From the human T2T-CHM13v2.0 reference genome, Homo sapiens, in NCBI RefSeq assembly GCF_009914755.1, contig NC_060940.1: a stretch of DNA of 64,000 nt. One strand, written 5' to 3'. Below the pieces are notes generated by a model. That model did no database searches and was not told the origin of the DNA. It saw only the letters and a program-made list of their open reading frames with translations. The stretch's first letter is position 1; each line of letters begins with the position of its first letter. Made by a program: the position numbers and the translations under genes. Positions 1-14,765 of this stretch are shown here, in pieces.

Positions 1-38
1 CCTTCCAGGGGCTTCTAAATGGAGCCAGTGGTTTGGAG

Positions 39-216
39 CAGTGCTTCTCATACTCAGCTGCACATTGAAATCACCTGGGCAGCTTTACAAACACCCACAA
101 AGTCCCAGCTGCATCCAGACCATTTATAAGAGGACCTCTGAGGATGGACGCAGACATCCACATATTTTCAATAGTCCCAGGTGCTTGGAGTCTGCAGCCC
201 AGTTGGAGAAGCACTG
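39..216. mobile_element. MER5-type hAT-Charlie MITE
   Basis: Perfect 11-bp TIRs cagtgcttctc...gagaagcactg; degenerate 8-bp TSD gtttggag/gctcagag. Confidence 0.8.
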
Positions 217-309
217 GCTCAGAGGGAAAAGGGAAGTTTGTTGCTATTTCTGTAGATTCCAGAGGCAAGGCAAGTTTTAGCTCAGAGACCCACTGGTGTC
301 TGCCTAAAT

Positions 310-617
310 CAGCGGTTCTCACATTTCAGCATGTATAAGGATTTCCCAGCAAGGTTATTCAGAAATCCATATTCCTAGTCCTCATCCTCCAAAATACTTT
401 TTTTTTTTTTTAAAGACAGTGTCTCACTCTGTTGCCCCAGGCTGGAGTGCAGCGGCACAATCATAGCTTCTATCTCTGCCTCTCAAGTAGCTGGGACTAC
501 ACGCGTGCACCACCACGCCTGGCTATAAAATATTCTTTTCCAGTAGCTCTAAGGTGGGCACCAGGAATCTGCATTTTCAACAAGTGCCTTCAGGAAATTT
601 TAATGTAGGTGGTCCAA
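310..617. mobile_element. Second MER5-type element interrupted by an antisense Alu fragment (~398-525)
   Basis: cagcggttctca start; caggaatctgcattttcaacaag motif. Confidence 0.65.
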
Positions 618-1001
<384 letters not shown>

Positions 1002-1274
1002 TTAATCCTGCCTGATCCCACGTTCTTTAACCTGAAATGATCTTTGTATTTTCCTGTCTCTTTTTCCATGTATGGACAAGCTGTGTTGTTCTTTATTGCC
1101 CTGAATAAAGGGTTATGAAAAAAAAAAAAAATCTCATAGAGGGAAATACTTTCACATTGAAGGTGACTTAGGAGAGCTTAGAAAATGAATAAGGACTCTA
1201 ATTTTTTACTTCCACATATTGATAACATTTTGAAAATACATGCACAGAATAAATAAAACTTTTGATACCAGTTT

Positions 1275-1540
1275 AGGGGTCCAGGCTGCCTACCTGTTGT
1301 GTAGAGTTTTATTGGAACGCAGCCACATCAATTTGTTTGCACATTGTGGCCACTTTTATGCTACAGTGGCAAAGATGAGTCATCAGGAAAGTGACCCATG
1401 ACCTACAAAACCTCTAGTATGTTCATCCATCCAACAAATATTGAGTACCCGCTGTGTGCCAGGCACTGATCAGTACTAGGAATATGTCAGTGAACAAAAC
1501 AAGCACAAATCTCTGCCTTTGTGGAGCTTGCATTCTAGTT
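1275..1540. mobile_element. MER58-like fragment followed by an antisense L2 3' end
   Basis: agttttattggaacgcagccac; caacaaatattgagtacccgctgtgtgccaggcactg. Confidence 0.6.
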
Positions 1541-1783
1541 GAATCTCAAATTCTGAGGCTTCTAGGGACCAGGCAGGTCACATAAAAGAGTGAAAAGCAC
1601 GCTGATGATGAGAGACAGTAGGGGGTGGTTGAGACTGGCAAACTGGTTAGTGTATATGCCATTTCAAGGGGCAGCTACTAATTTGCTCTAGCTGTGTTAT
1701 CCTATAGAGATATCGCCACATTTTTGACATATTTTATGTGAAGAAGGAGAAAATATGGCATGTGAGTTCTCCCAAGTTGTAGA

Positions 1784-2086
1784 GTTTGTTTTAGTTTTTG
1801 TGTTTGAGACAGGGTCTTGCTCTCTCACCCAGGCTGGAGGGCAGTGGGTGATCATGGCTCACCGCAGCCTTGAACTCCTGGGCTCAAGCAATCCTCCCAC
1901 CTCAGCCTCCCAAGTAGCTGAAACTACAGGCGTGCACTGCCATGCCTGGCTAATTTTTAAATTTTTTGTACATACCCTGTCTCACAGTGTTGCCCAGGCT
2001 GCTCTTGAACTCCTGGGCTCAAGCAGTCTTCCTGCCTCGGCTTCCCAAAGTGCTAGGATTACAGGTGTGAGCCACTATGCCCAGCC
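1784..2086 (-). mobile_element. Alu (J-like)
   Basis: Reverse Alu sequence. Confidence 0.9.
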
Positions 2087-2380
2087 TCTTCCAGTTTTTA
2101 CGTGTTGGTAACCAATTCAAAAAATGTTAAAACACTTTGTGGGCTGTTGTGTGTTGTGGAGTGGCCATGCACAACTGGTCACAGGCTGGATTCAGCCCGT
2201 GGGCTGCCTGTTTTCACCTCTGGCCTAGCATGGAGTGTGGACCATCGTCTGAGTGGATGGAGATACTTGAGACTCCTTTAGATTCCAAAGGGTAAAACGA
2301 TCACTTTTCTGCCTTTCAAAGAAAGTAAAAGTCTACTGGAAAAACTAAAAACAAAACAAAAAAAATGTGGCTTAAAATCT

Positions 2381-2399
2381 GTCCCACCAGGTGGCAGCA
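2381..2399 (+). promoter_or_regulatory. CTCF core motif
   Basis: gtcCCACCAGGTGGCAGCA closely matches the CTCF consensus CCASYAGRKGGCRS; non-repeat sequence. Confidence 0.7.
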
Positions 2400-2522
2400 T
2401 ACCATCACAAGTTAAAAGCCTGTCTGGGCGATGATAGCTCTGGGTCCCTAATTAACAAACATTTATTTACTGTTTGCTCCTGAAGAGTGTGATACTAACA
2501 CCATCTGTCCTTTTCCTCCCAG

Positions 2523-2582
2523 GAAAGCTCGTGTACGAGCGCATCTTTTCCATGTGTGTGGATAGCCGCAGCGTCTTACCAG
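2523..2582 (+). CDS. VPS35L: VPS35L coding exon (~exon 9), 60 nt, phase 1-1: (G)KLVYERIFSMCVDSRSVLP(D)
   Basis: ttttcctcccag acceptor; CAG|gtaatg donor. Confidence 0.95.
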
Positions 2583-3329
2583 GTAATGTCGCAGCTGTTC
2601 CTGGGGTGTCATTCTGCCCTGGAGTCAGGACTAGAAGGCTTTTATTGAGTCAGGATTCATTGAAGCTTGATAAAGGTTTTAATTTTGGGTGTGTTAAAGT
2701 AAAAGAAACACCTTTGAAGATTTCTGATCACCTCAGTCTTCTAAAAACATTAGAAGGTTTCTAAATGGCCCGTGTAGGAACTCAGGCAAGTCATTTGAAT
2801 CTGCAAAGGCCTCACAGTTAGATTCAGCCAAACTTTCACACGAACATATTTTCCTCTGCTGCTTGACTTTAATATTTTTCCTATGTATCGTTCCCTCCTA
2901 AGAAGCAACTTGCTTGGAAAAAAAAATCAAAAACGACTTTATGCATATTAAAGAATGATGTCAAATAGATCAATAGTAATTGATGCTTTGAATTCACAAT
3001 CTATACCCAAATGATTTTGCATTAAATTGACTGTCAATCAAGTTTAAATTCCCAGGAGGTTATAATGGGACAAGTGGATGATGAATTTCTTTTGTCGTAT
3101 AAATGGTAAGAATGATGTGTCTGGCAATGCAGGACTCTCAGCTGCAGCATCCTTTGCCTTTATTCCTCTTTTTAACTTCCGAGCACTGCTATGAGGAAAC
3201 GTTCTCATCCGTCCAAGCTAGAGCAACCAGCTTGCTCCATTGCCGCTCCACTTCCCTCCGCTCCTGCAGTGGGGCTTCCCAGGAGGTGAATAGAAAGTGT
3301 TTGTGACAGTAACCTATAACCTGACCTAT

Positions 3330-3440
3330 ATTCTTCCTTCTTTCCTCTTTCCTTTATTCCTCCCTCTCTCTCCTCCTCTCTCTTCCTCTCCCTCCTCCTC
3401 TCCCACCCTCTCCTTTTCTCTCTCCTTCTGCTTCCTATCT
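3330..3440. repeat. CT-rich polypyrimidine low-complexity tract
   Basis: About 110 nt almost entirely C/T. Confidence 0.85.
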
Positions 3441-3464
3441 GTCCATCAATCGATCAATTTATCT

Positions 3465-3922
3465 TTATTTAATTTTTTTGAGATGGACTCTTGCTCTGTC
3501 ACCCAGGCTGCAGGGCAGTGGCACAATCTTGGCTCGCTGCAGCCTTCGCCTCCCGGATTCAAGCGATTCTCCTGCTTCACCCTCCTCAGTAGCTGGGACT
3601 ACTGGTGCCTGCCACCACACCTGGCTAATTTTTGTATTTTTAGTAGAGACAGGGTTTGTACCATGTTGGCCAGGCTGGTCTCAAACTCCTGACCTCAAGT
3701 GATTCATCCGCCTCGGCCTCCCAAAGTGCTGGGATTATAGGCATGAGCAACCGTGCCCGTCCCTTTTTTTTTTTTCTATTTAATATTTTTACTTTTTCAT
3801 CTTTGTAGACACGGGGTCTCCCTATGTTGCCCAAGCTGCTCTCAAACTTCTGGGCCCAAGCAGTCCTCCCACCTCAGCCTCCCAAAGTGCTGGGATTATA
3901 GGCATGAGCCACTGTGCTTGGC
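3465..3922 (-). mobile_element. AluS (~3465-3759) plus FLAM/left monomer (~3764-3922)
   Basis: Reverse Alu sequences in tandem. Confidence 0.88.
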
Positions 3923-4144
3923 CTGTCTTTTTAATACTATTTAATGTGCACATTTGTCAGAAAGAAAGAGACAGAACTCAACAGGCTTTTAGGATTTTTA
4001 GCTCTTGAAGGCTTTTTAGGTCTTGAAGTGCTTTTAGGACCCATCTTGTTTCATCAGAGATGGGCAGACCCAGTACGGAAGAGTCTTGCCCAGGGCCCTG
4101 CCACCAGCTACTGAGAGCCTTGCTCTTTCTTAGTGCTGCATCTA

Positions 4145-4400
4145 CATTGTCCAGTACAGCAGCCACTGGCCACGTGTTGCTCTTGAGCACTTGAGATGTG
4201 GCCAGTCCAAATTGAGATGTGACGTAACTATTAAAAAAGACACCGGATTTCAAAGAGTCAGTACAAGTAAAAGACGGTAAAGTAGCTCACTAATAGTGTT
4301 TATGTTGATTACATGTTGAAACGGTATTCTGGATGAATCGGGTAAAGTACATGATTAAAATTAATTTCCCCAGTTTTTGACCTTTTTAATGTGGCTCATG
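4145..4400. mobile_element. MER33-like hAT-Charlie element
   Basis: tgtccagtacagcagccactggccacgtg...gattacatgttgaaa...aatgtggct. Confidence 0.7.
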
Positions 4401-4586
4401 TGGTTTTTCTTTGGGACCCTCCACGCCACTGCGTCACACCTGTGACGATGTTTTTTCAGCAGCTCCTCCTATGTTCTGGCCATCTCAGGGTTGGAGGCAG
4501 TGATCTGGGAGAGGCAGGCAGAGGCCAGCCCAAGTGGAAAGGAAAGGCCTTCTCCGCTGGCTTGAGGATTTGGGAAATCTGAATTG

Positions 4587-4903
<317 letters not shown>

Positions 4904-6224
4904 TAATATACACTTGCCAGCATGTAGCATGCTATACCATTGGCAGCAAACTTGAGCCAACAGGTGGAACTGAACCAAAATAGGTTTTTTTTTTTTTTTG
5001 GCAACAACAGCATTTAAAAAAAAATGACTTTTGATACAGGCTCTAGTTCTTCCTATTGTTATATACCCAACCTCTTAAAAATTTTCATATTTACCTGCCT
5101 GGCCCCCAGAAGCATTTGAATTTGCCTCTACTGCAATAATCTTCCTTTCTCCCAGTCTTCAGTGACTATACAAACAACATTTTAGGGCCAATTAAGGAAA
5201 AATTACTAATAACTAACTCCTTGCCTAAACTTAAAAGTTCAAAACAACAGATCAGTCCTCGTTTAGATACATTAATTATAGCACTTTTATCACTAAAATT
5301 CTTCCCTCTCCAAATAACTATTTTTGATCTTGAGCAAAGCAAATGATTTGGTTTTTTTTTCTTTAAATGATATCATTGTTTGTTTTCCTTTTAGCTAAAA
5401 TCTTCATCTGCTTGTGTTAGCTCCAGTTCCAAGAACCTGAAAAGAACAGTAGATTATGTTTTTCAAAGTTGTTGGTGATCTGAGGAATGACTCTTAAGTA
5501 TAATTATCATGAAAGCTTTAGAAATCTCCTGTGCAGAATTCTGCCCAAAGAGATTATGTGTGAAGAGAAATTTGGTGGCATTTGTACTCATTCTTTCCAT
5601 TTAAATCAAGTTCTGTTGGGTGAATTTCATACTTGAGCCCTTTGCCTTCAGGAATTTTAACTAAGGTATAGCTCTTCGGAGTTGAGAAAGATACAGTGTC
5701 TTTTGGGTTCATGAAAATCACACACTATTAGATGTGGTCATTTTTTCCCAACAGTTCTTAATCCAGCTTATGCATAAAGAGACCATCGACTCTGAGAAGT
5801 CAAATCATTTTATTTCCAGCTTGGGAGAGATAATTTGGGTTTATTGTATTATGGTTCCCATCACCATCTTCTCAGCATTCCCATCTTCAGTTTTCCCCTG
5901 TGGCTGATGTGGGCCACATCGGGATAAGCAGTGGCCTTAACTGACCTGGCCTTTCCAGCACATGCTAACTAAGATGGTGCCAATCCCTATAACACTGTTA
6001 CGTAAAGAGACCTCTCGCTGCTAGGGTAGAGACTTGGCAAATAAATGAAAGAACTAGACTCATTGGTCTCCTGCCTTCTCTTAAAATACCCACAGAAGTT
6101 CAGGTTTGAAAAAAAGCAGCACCATAAAAGAAAAATAAGTGGGAGCTAGAAAAAAAATCTCTGTTCTTTGTTATATTGAAGTGTCTTCTGAATTAATTTC
6201 CAGATTTTGAAGGAGTCCCCATGT

Positions 6225-6840
6225 AGCAGCCCAAGTGCTAAAGTCTAAACTGTGTCATGTCATTGCCATTCCTGTGCCCAGAACCCTTCAGGGGGTTTCC
6301 ATTATGTTTAGAAAAACTCTCAAACTCCTCACCAAGGCTTCAGCCCTGTATGAACTGGCTTGTCATGCTGGCTGCTCCCCTTTCTGCTCAGCAAATTGGC
6401 TTGCTTTTTGTTCTTTGACCATAGTGAGGTTATACCTACCTCAGGGCCTTGCACTTGCTGTTTTCTTTCCCTGGAATATGTTTCTTCCACATCTAGGCAT
6501 GGCTGGCTCCCTTTCGTAGTTCAGGGCTCAGCTCAAATGCTGCCTCTGTGGGAGCCTTCTCTGACCACTACATCTAATGAGCCCCTTCCCCTAAATCACA
6601 CTCAAGTCACTCTTTATTCCAATACCTAGTTTAGTATCTTTAATAGTACTTACTGCTGTTAGATATTATCTTATTTGTTTGCCTGCTTATTCTCTTTCCT
6701 GTTTAGCATTTGTCTCACCCCACTGGAATGTAAGTTTCATGAAGATAGGATCTACCTTGTGCACTGTTATCTCCCCAAAGCCTGGAACACCACCTTTAGT
6801 TGGCCCTTAAGGCATTTGTGTTGAGCACATGAAGTAAAGG
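6225..6840 (+). mobile_element. L2 3' region
   Basis: cctcagggccttgcacttgctg...ccactggaatgtaagtttcatgaag. Confidence 0.75.
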
Positions 6841-7610
6841 AATATAATATTTAGTTTGCTGTAAGATTTTAAAGTCCCACGTAACATAATCCTTTTCCTA
6901 AATTATCTCTTGAGCTGGAAGGAAAGCCTAAAGATTCTGTATTGGTGTATGCAGATTGTCGTATAGCTTGTAGTCAATGCGTGTATGCAAGGCAGCCTGC
7001 CTTTAGCCTGATTTCCAACTCTTTCAGGCAACCTGAACCAGTTTGTTTTAGCCATTGCTGAATCTCAGTTCCTTCAGCTAGACAGTGAGAGATTTTGTAG
7101 ATGACCTCAGAGACCTATTTTTGCTTTTGGATTTTAAGCCACAAGATTCAGTCATATGAAGGGAAATTAACACTGCTCTTCCCTCTCCCCAAAGAGAAGA
7201 TTGACAAATGAATGTAAGAATAACTGCTATCTTTTCCTGTCTGGATCTCTTGAAAGTAGAAAAAAAAGTTACTTCATGTGTAGAGATCTAGGCTGGAAAG
7301 GGGAAAATGGTCATTTCCCATCCTTTTGAAAATGGTAAGCAAATAGTTCTCAAGTGAATGAAGCATGCCAGACATCCAAAAATAGAGTGAGGAGATTGCA
7401 ATTTCAAAATATCTGCAGTGATTAGTGACTGTTCTCTGCTAGAGAAGTACCTAGAGGTTTATCTTTTTTTGCTGATTCTATGGGAATTTTGATCACCTTC
7501 ATATACTACCAAATGACAGAATCAGGGATGAAAATGACTCATTGCAAAACAGGATGAAAGCCAACAAGCTAAGAATCATTTGCTATATTCTAAAGTAACT
7601 AACTTCTCCC

Positions 7611-7827
<217 letters not shown>

Positions 7828-7990
7828 TAATCCTAAAAGTATAAAACATCCAGTGGTGGGATAGAGCTCTAATCTTTGCTGAAATCATTTCCATGTGAGA
7901 GGTTAACAAAGGCCTTCATGGTGTTTGTAAGTTTTGTGTTTTTTCTTTCATTTCTCCATATTCTCTTCCATTCCTTAAGATGTATGTCAA

Positions 7991-8027
7991 GTCCAGAACT
8001 GTGAGAAATAAATTTCTGCTGTTTAAA
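7991..8027 (+). mobile_element. 37-bp MaLR (MLT1/MST) LTR poly(A)-signal fragment flanked by a 14-bp TSD
   Basis: tccagaactgtgagaAATAAAtttctgctgtttaaa; TSD aagatgtatgtcaa (7977-7990) / aatatgtatgtcaa (8028-8041). Confidence 0.75.
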
Positions 8028-8059
8028 AATATGTATGTCAAAATCAAGCTTGGGTACCA

Positions 8060-8416
8060 GTTCCAGAAAACTCAAAATAACAGTAATGAAGGTCAGGGCC
8101 GATGGGCCAGCTAGCCCCTGGTACCAAGGATCCTCACTTCTGTCTTGTTGCTCTCATGGTCAGTATGGCTGCAGAGGTTCCAGCTGTCATGTCTGCATTC
8201 CAGTCAGTGAGCAGAAAGAAGAAGTGAGGGAAGGCAAGCCCCTTTCCTTAAAGATACTTCTCAGAAGTTGCCCTTCTATTTATATATCCTGGGACCAGAA
8301 CTTGACCCACGTGACCACACCTAGCTGCAAGGATGGCCCTGTGTCCTGCAGGAAAATGCGAGTTCTTTTATTAAAGAGGAAGAGAATAGCTAATGGAGTA
8401 AACTGGCAGTTTCACA
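8060..8416 (-). mobile_element. Old MaLR LTR (MLT1J/K-like)
   Basis: atggctgcagaggttccagctgtcatgtctgcattccag; gtgaccacacctagctgcaagg. Confidence 0.6.
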
Positions 8417-8634
8417 AGATGACTCTCTTGGAGCCAGTCGTGAGCCGGCAACATAATTCTGGCTGGTTTCTCACCTCAGAGGCCTTGCTTTACCTTCCTC
8501 TGGCCCATTGTGATGTGTAGAGCAAAAGCTTAGATCACATTTCATGTTGCAGTCGCAGGTCCGTAAAGCATCTGGAATTCTCAACAATGTTGTCATAGTG
8601 ACTGGTAGGTAACCAAGAACCTCTGGATTATATT

Positions 8635-8890
8635 AGAGGCAGTGGCTAAGAATGTCGGCCGCAGGGCCAGAGTGCCTGGGTTGAATTCTAACTCTTACAT
8701 TTGCTTGCTGTGTGCCTTGGGTGAGTCACTACATTCCTCTGTGCCTTGGTCTCTGCATCTGTAAAATAAGATAATAAAACTACGTACCTCAGAGGGTTGC
8801 TATATGGGATCAGGTGAGCTGTCTGTAAAGCACTGCGAACGACACTTGGCACTTAGAAAGCCTGTGTCTGTGTAAACTATTGTTATCATC
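8635..8890 (+). mobile_element. MIR
   Basis: Core ccttgggtgagtcact...tctgtgccttggtctctgcatctgtaaaat. Confidence 0.8.
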
Positions 8891-9036
8891 AGTTACTTCC
8901 TAATAGTGATATTTGGAAGGAAAGAAACAGGCTGAGTCACCCCCTTTTCTGCTCCAGGGTAATGTATTCCCATCCAGGGACTCACACAGATCCTGAGATT
9001 TAGGAGGGCTGATGGATCTTGTTTTTTGTATTACAG

Positions 9037-9133
9037 ATCACTTTTCTCCAGAGAATGCAAATGACACGGCCAAGGAAACATGCCTAAATTGGTTTTTCAA
9101 GATTGCCTCCATCAGGGAACTCATTCCAAGATT
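9037..9133 (+). CDS. VPS35L: VPS35L coding exon (~exon 10), 97 nt: (D)[31 protein letters not shown](F)
   Basis: tttgtattacag acceptor; U12-type donor |gtatccttt. Confidence 0.95.
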
Positions 9134-9832
9134 GTATCCTTTTTTTTTTTTTTGGTCTGATGATTTTAAAGATAGGCTAAAAGAATTGTACTGTTAATAG
9201 AAGCCATGTGATGGGATGCCCTGACATTCTTATTGAAAGTTTGGTCCCGTTACGGTTGCTAGCCTGAAAACACATACAGGTCAAGCCACATTGTAGAAAC
9301 CCTTGGACTCTTGCTCTTTCCAGTTTTTTGTCTTTTACTTTGAATATGATGCCATGTGTCAAGCATTTGTTTCCTTGAGGAACATTCCCACCTTAATTCT
9401 CTCAATTAAAATGCTTCATATTTGTGTTTTCTCTGATTCCAAGAACTTGAAAGAACAGGGTCAAGCTTTGCAGGGCAAATGCTACTATTGAAGAACAGAT
9501 AATTTGACTTATACATAAATTCCATCTTAGTTACCTAAAGTTCTTTCTTTCCCCATAAAGCATTGATTAGAAATGCTCAAAACCCAGTTTATATTTCAGC
9601 ATGCAACTATGAATCAACGTATAACATTTCCCACAATTTATTTCAAATAAGTATGAAACTTTGAAAACCATATGTAGAAACCATAAGCTACCTTAGTTCG
9701 CTGGATTGTTGAGGGCCACTGTGGTCCCCATCTCCTAAGACCCGCCTACTTCTATTCATGGATAGTTTAGTCTTTTCTCCATAGGGAGTAGACCTTCTGG
9801 AAAACATCTTCCTTAACAGGATGTTTTTGTAG
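9134..9832 (+). other. VPS35L: U12-type (minor spliceosome) GT-AG intron, 699 nt
   Basis: 5'ss GTATCCTTT; branch site TTCCTTAAC at 9809-9817, about 16 nt before the 3' AG; TT|T restores a Phe codon. Confidence 0.93.
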
Positions 9833-9880
9833 TTACGTGGAGGCATCCATCCTGAAATGTAACAAATTCCTCTCCAAAAC
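9833..9880 (+). CDS. VPS35L: VPS35L coding exon (~exon 11), 48 nt: (F)YVEASILKCNKFLSK(T)
   Basis: U12 acceptor tttttgtag; AAC|gtaagg donor. Confidence 0.95.
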
Positions 9881-11180
9881 GTAAGGCTCTTCGGTAAAAT
9901 CTAGAACCATAAAATTTCTAAAAATCTCCCATGTGTACACAGATAGTAATGGCAATGTAATAGTAGCCATTATTCACTGAGTACTTAATGTGTGTTAAGC
10001 ACCTTCTGTTCTTTTTCTCATTGAATCCAAATGAAAACTGAATGAAGTAGAGACACCATCCTAATCCCCATATTAGAGAGAGGAAAACTCAAGCCTGGAG
10101 AAGTTGGTTAAGGAGGTCATGGAAGATCAGCTCAACTGGATTTGAATCTTGGCTGTACTGGTACTAGCTGTATGGTCTTGAACAAGTTACTTACAGCCTC
10201 AGAACCTCTGGCTCCCTCTCCTGGGAACATGACCCTAAGAAGAGGTCTGAGGGGGTCCTTTGGGTCACACATGCAACAATGAGAGTCACCCCTGGCACAC
10301 GGTGGGCCCATCCTCCATGTTGGCTGCTGTTGATGATGATGATGATGAAAATGACGTCAGAAGCAGAAGCCTTTGCCCTTAGTGGCTTAGGTCCATGCCA
10401 CTCAATTTATCACAATGTTTTGAGAGTAGTTACAGGACGTGGGGGACCCAGATCTGCTTTCTGCAGAGCAGGTGAAATGCTGAGTCATGTTAGATAGCTA
10501 GATAATAAATTCCTTGAAGCCCGGGAGTGACTGATTCACGGTGCTCCACAGATAGCTCTACCGATTGGATTTAGAATTTATCTCAAGTGTGTTGGATTTG
10601 GATCTAGGGTTGCCTGGAATAGTTTGGGGGAATAACATGGGGGCTGAAGAAACATTATTTTGCCTCACCAGTTGGAGGAGGATAATGCCTTAGGCAGAGG
10701 GAAGACATACGTTGCAGGAGAAATAAATTGTAATTCACATTGTTGGTGGTTGGAGGATGTCAGATGCCAGCCTGAGATTCACGGAAGGAACAGGGTACGG
10801 GACAGTAAATCTGTGGCAAACGAAAATACATGTGGAGAGAAGATCAAGGGGTGCCCAGTCGATGGAAAATAATTGAAGACAAAAACTGTTAAAATTAATA
10901 AAATAAATGTGACCTCGACTGGGGAAAAAATGTGGTTAGCCTCCACCACTGAGCAAATGATAACGATGAAAGAAATCATTCAATGAATGAATTGTATCAG
11001 AAGAGAAAGACTGTTGTTACATTGCCTTAGAAAACTGAAACTTTGACCTTGGTTTGTTACTGAAACTTGATTTTTCCCCCCCTCCCTGAAATTTAGGAAG
11101 TCTTTATCTTTATTTAAAAAATTAAAGAACAGCGAGTTCTCACGTCGAATATAATGCTGGCCTGTTTTTGTCTCTTGCAG

Positions 11181-11274
11181 GGGAATTTCAGAGTGCCTGC
11201 CCCGGTTGACATGCATGATCAGAGGGATCGGAGACCCACTAGTGTCGGTGTATGCCCGTGCCTACCTGTGCCGG
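11181..11274 (+). CDS. VPS35L: VPS35L coding exon (~exon 12), 94 nt: [31 protein letters not shown]
   Basis: tctcttgcag acceptor; CGG|gtaggc donor. Confidence 0.95.
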
Positions 11275-11817
11275 GTAGGCCATGCGAGTCACTGCCCTTG
11301 ACGGCACGGCTGCCACCCGTCTCCTTGAATGTTCACACAGGGCCCTCCTTCCCCACCACCCCGCAAGTCATTGAGAGAAGGACTTTATTAGTGGCTAATT
11401 TTAGATCATGGCTCTGCCACAGAAAGTAGAACTGTAGGGTTTCTTTTAAAAATTAATTTTAAAGTAGACCAACTTACTGTAGCTCTAATTAGGGGACGTT
11501 TAAGGTCATCTTCTTACAAATGAACTGGTTTTCAGAAGTAATTGTTTCTCAGTTCTTGCTGGGAAGGAGGTTCCCAGGGCCTTTGGGCTAACAGGTTGCT
11601 TTTCATTGACTTCAAACATGCTCTTCCTTTGTCTTGACTTTGATTGCTTTATTAGTTTTCTGCTTGGCAGGGGAGCAGTGTCCCACATGATGGCAGGCCT
11701 CAGGGTCTGTGTGGCCTGGCTTAGGTGGCTGCTGTGAAAGGGGGTAGAGGGACTGATTAGAAATTACTTGCCCATGCCCTGCTTTAAAGCACCGTGAGGC
11801 TTCAGCTAAGCTATTAA

Positions 11818-12270
<453 letters not shown>

Positions 12271-12796
12271 TAGAGAGGGATCATTGCACCTGATAAGCCC
12301 CAGACTTCCTTGAGGACAAAGCTGCAGTTAGAGCCTCCCCCATGAGTTTGCACCTTATTAAATCAGAAGGCGAGAACATGTAGCCTGTGATTTGCCTCTT
12401 CTGCATGACAGCCAGCAAATGTCGGAAGCCCTGTGGTCTCTCAAGTTTCACGAAAAACTAAGTCAGTGCCCTCAGAGTGAGGAGCAGATATCCATTAGGA
12501 AGGGCACTTTTTATAGGTCTGTTTCTTGATACTGAGAATGAAAGAAAAAGCCTTTCGTTTAAGGGCATCCTCTTCCCTCTTTGCAGCAGAGGCCAAAGTG
12601 TGTATGCATCGCCCACTGCTTGAAACCTGGGGGGGATTTTCCATCCAGAGATATCAGGTGTGTTTCCAAGGACAACTTTTGAATATATTAAAGCTTGAAT
12701 ACTCCTCCCAAGTCAGTGTTTGCTGAGGCCCTACTGTGCACAGAACACAATGCCACATCCTCTGGGAGAGATGCAAAGATATTGTTTGCATATTTC

Positions 12797-13412
<616 letters not shown>

Positions 13413-13877
13413 TTGTTTATGTATTTCTTCTCTGCTGCCTTTTACCTTGTAGAACATAGCAAATGCTTTGAACACACCTTGACATCATTTGATTAAGGCC
13501 TGATATCGGAGACCCGGTGATAAAGACTTAGAATCATGCTGTCTCTTATGCAAATAATTCTGGTTATTAAAGAGAAATCAGAATGTGGGGAAGTATGTAT
13601 TTTTTGCAAGCCTGTTCCCTTTTAATGTTTGAGATCAGGTATGTGAGTTAGGGTACACGATCATGTTTGTTACATATAAAGTGCCTTTGAATGGCAGATG
13701 CAACTTGAAACACAGTGACAATGAGGAGAAGATGCAGAGGACAGAGCAGACCCCCCACAAGATTGGTAGTAGAGTGCCCTGCGTCTGTTGAAATCATTTT
13801 TGTCAGTCCAGGCAATGCATTGATTCCGCTGGTTGGGTAGTTTCTAAAAGTCTCTTTAACATTAAAAGAGTAAGAGA

Positions 13878-14765
<888 letters not shown>

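Noticed and set aside
8035-8520. 161-aa ORF on the + strand
   Set aside because: Mostly within an old MLT1 LTR; no recognisable domain or exon structure
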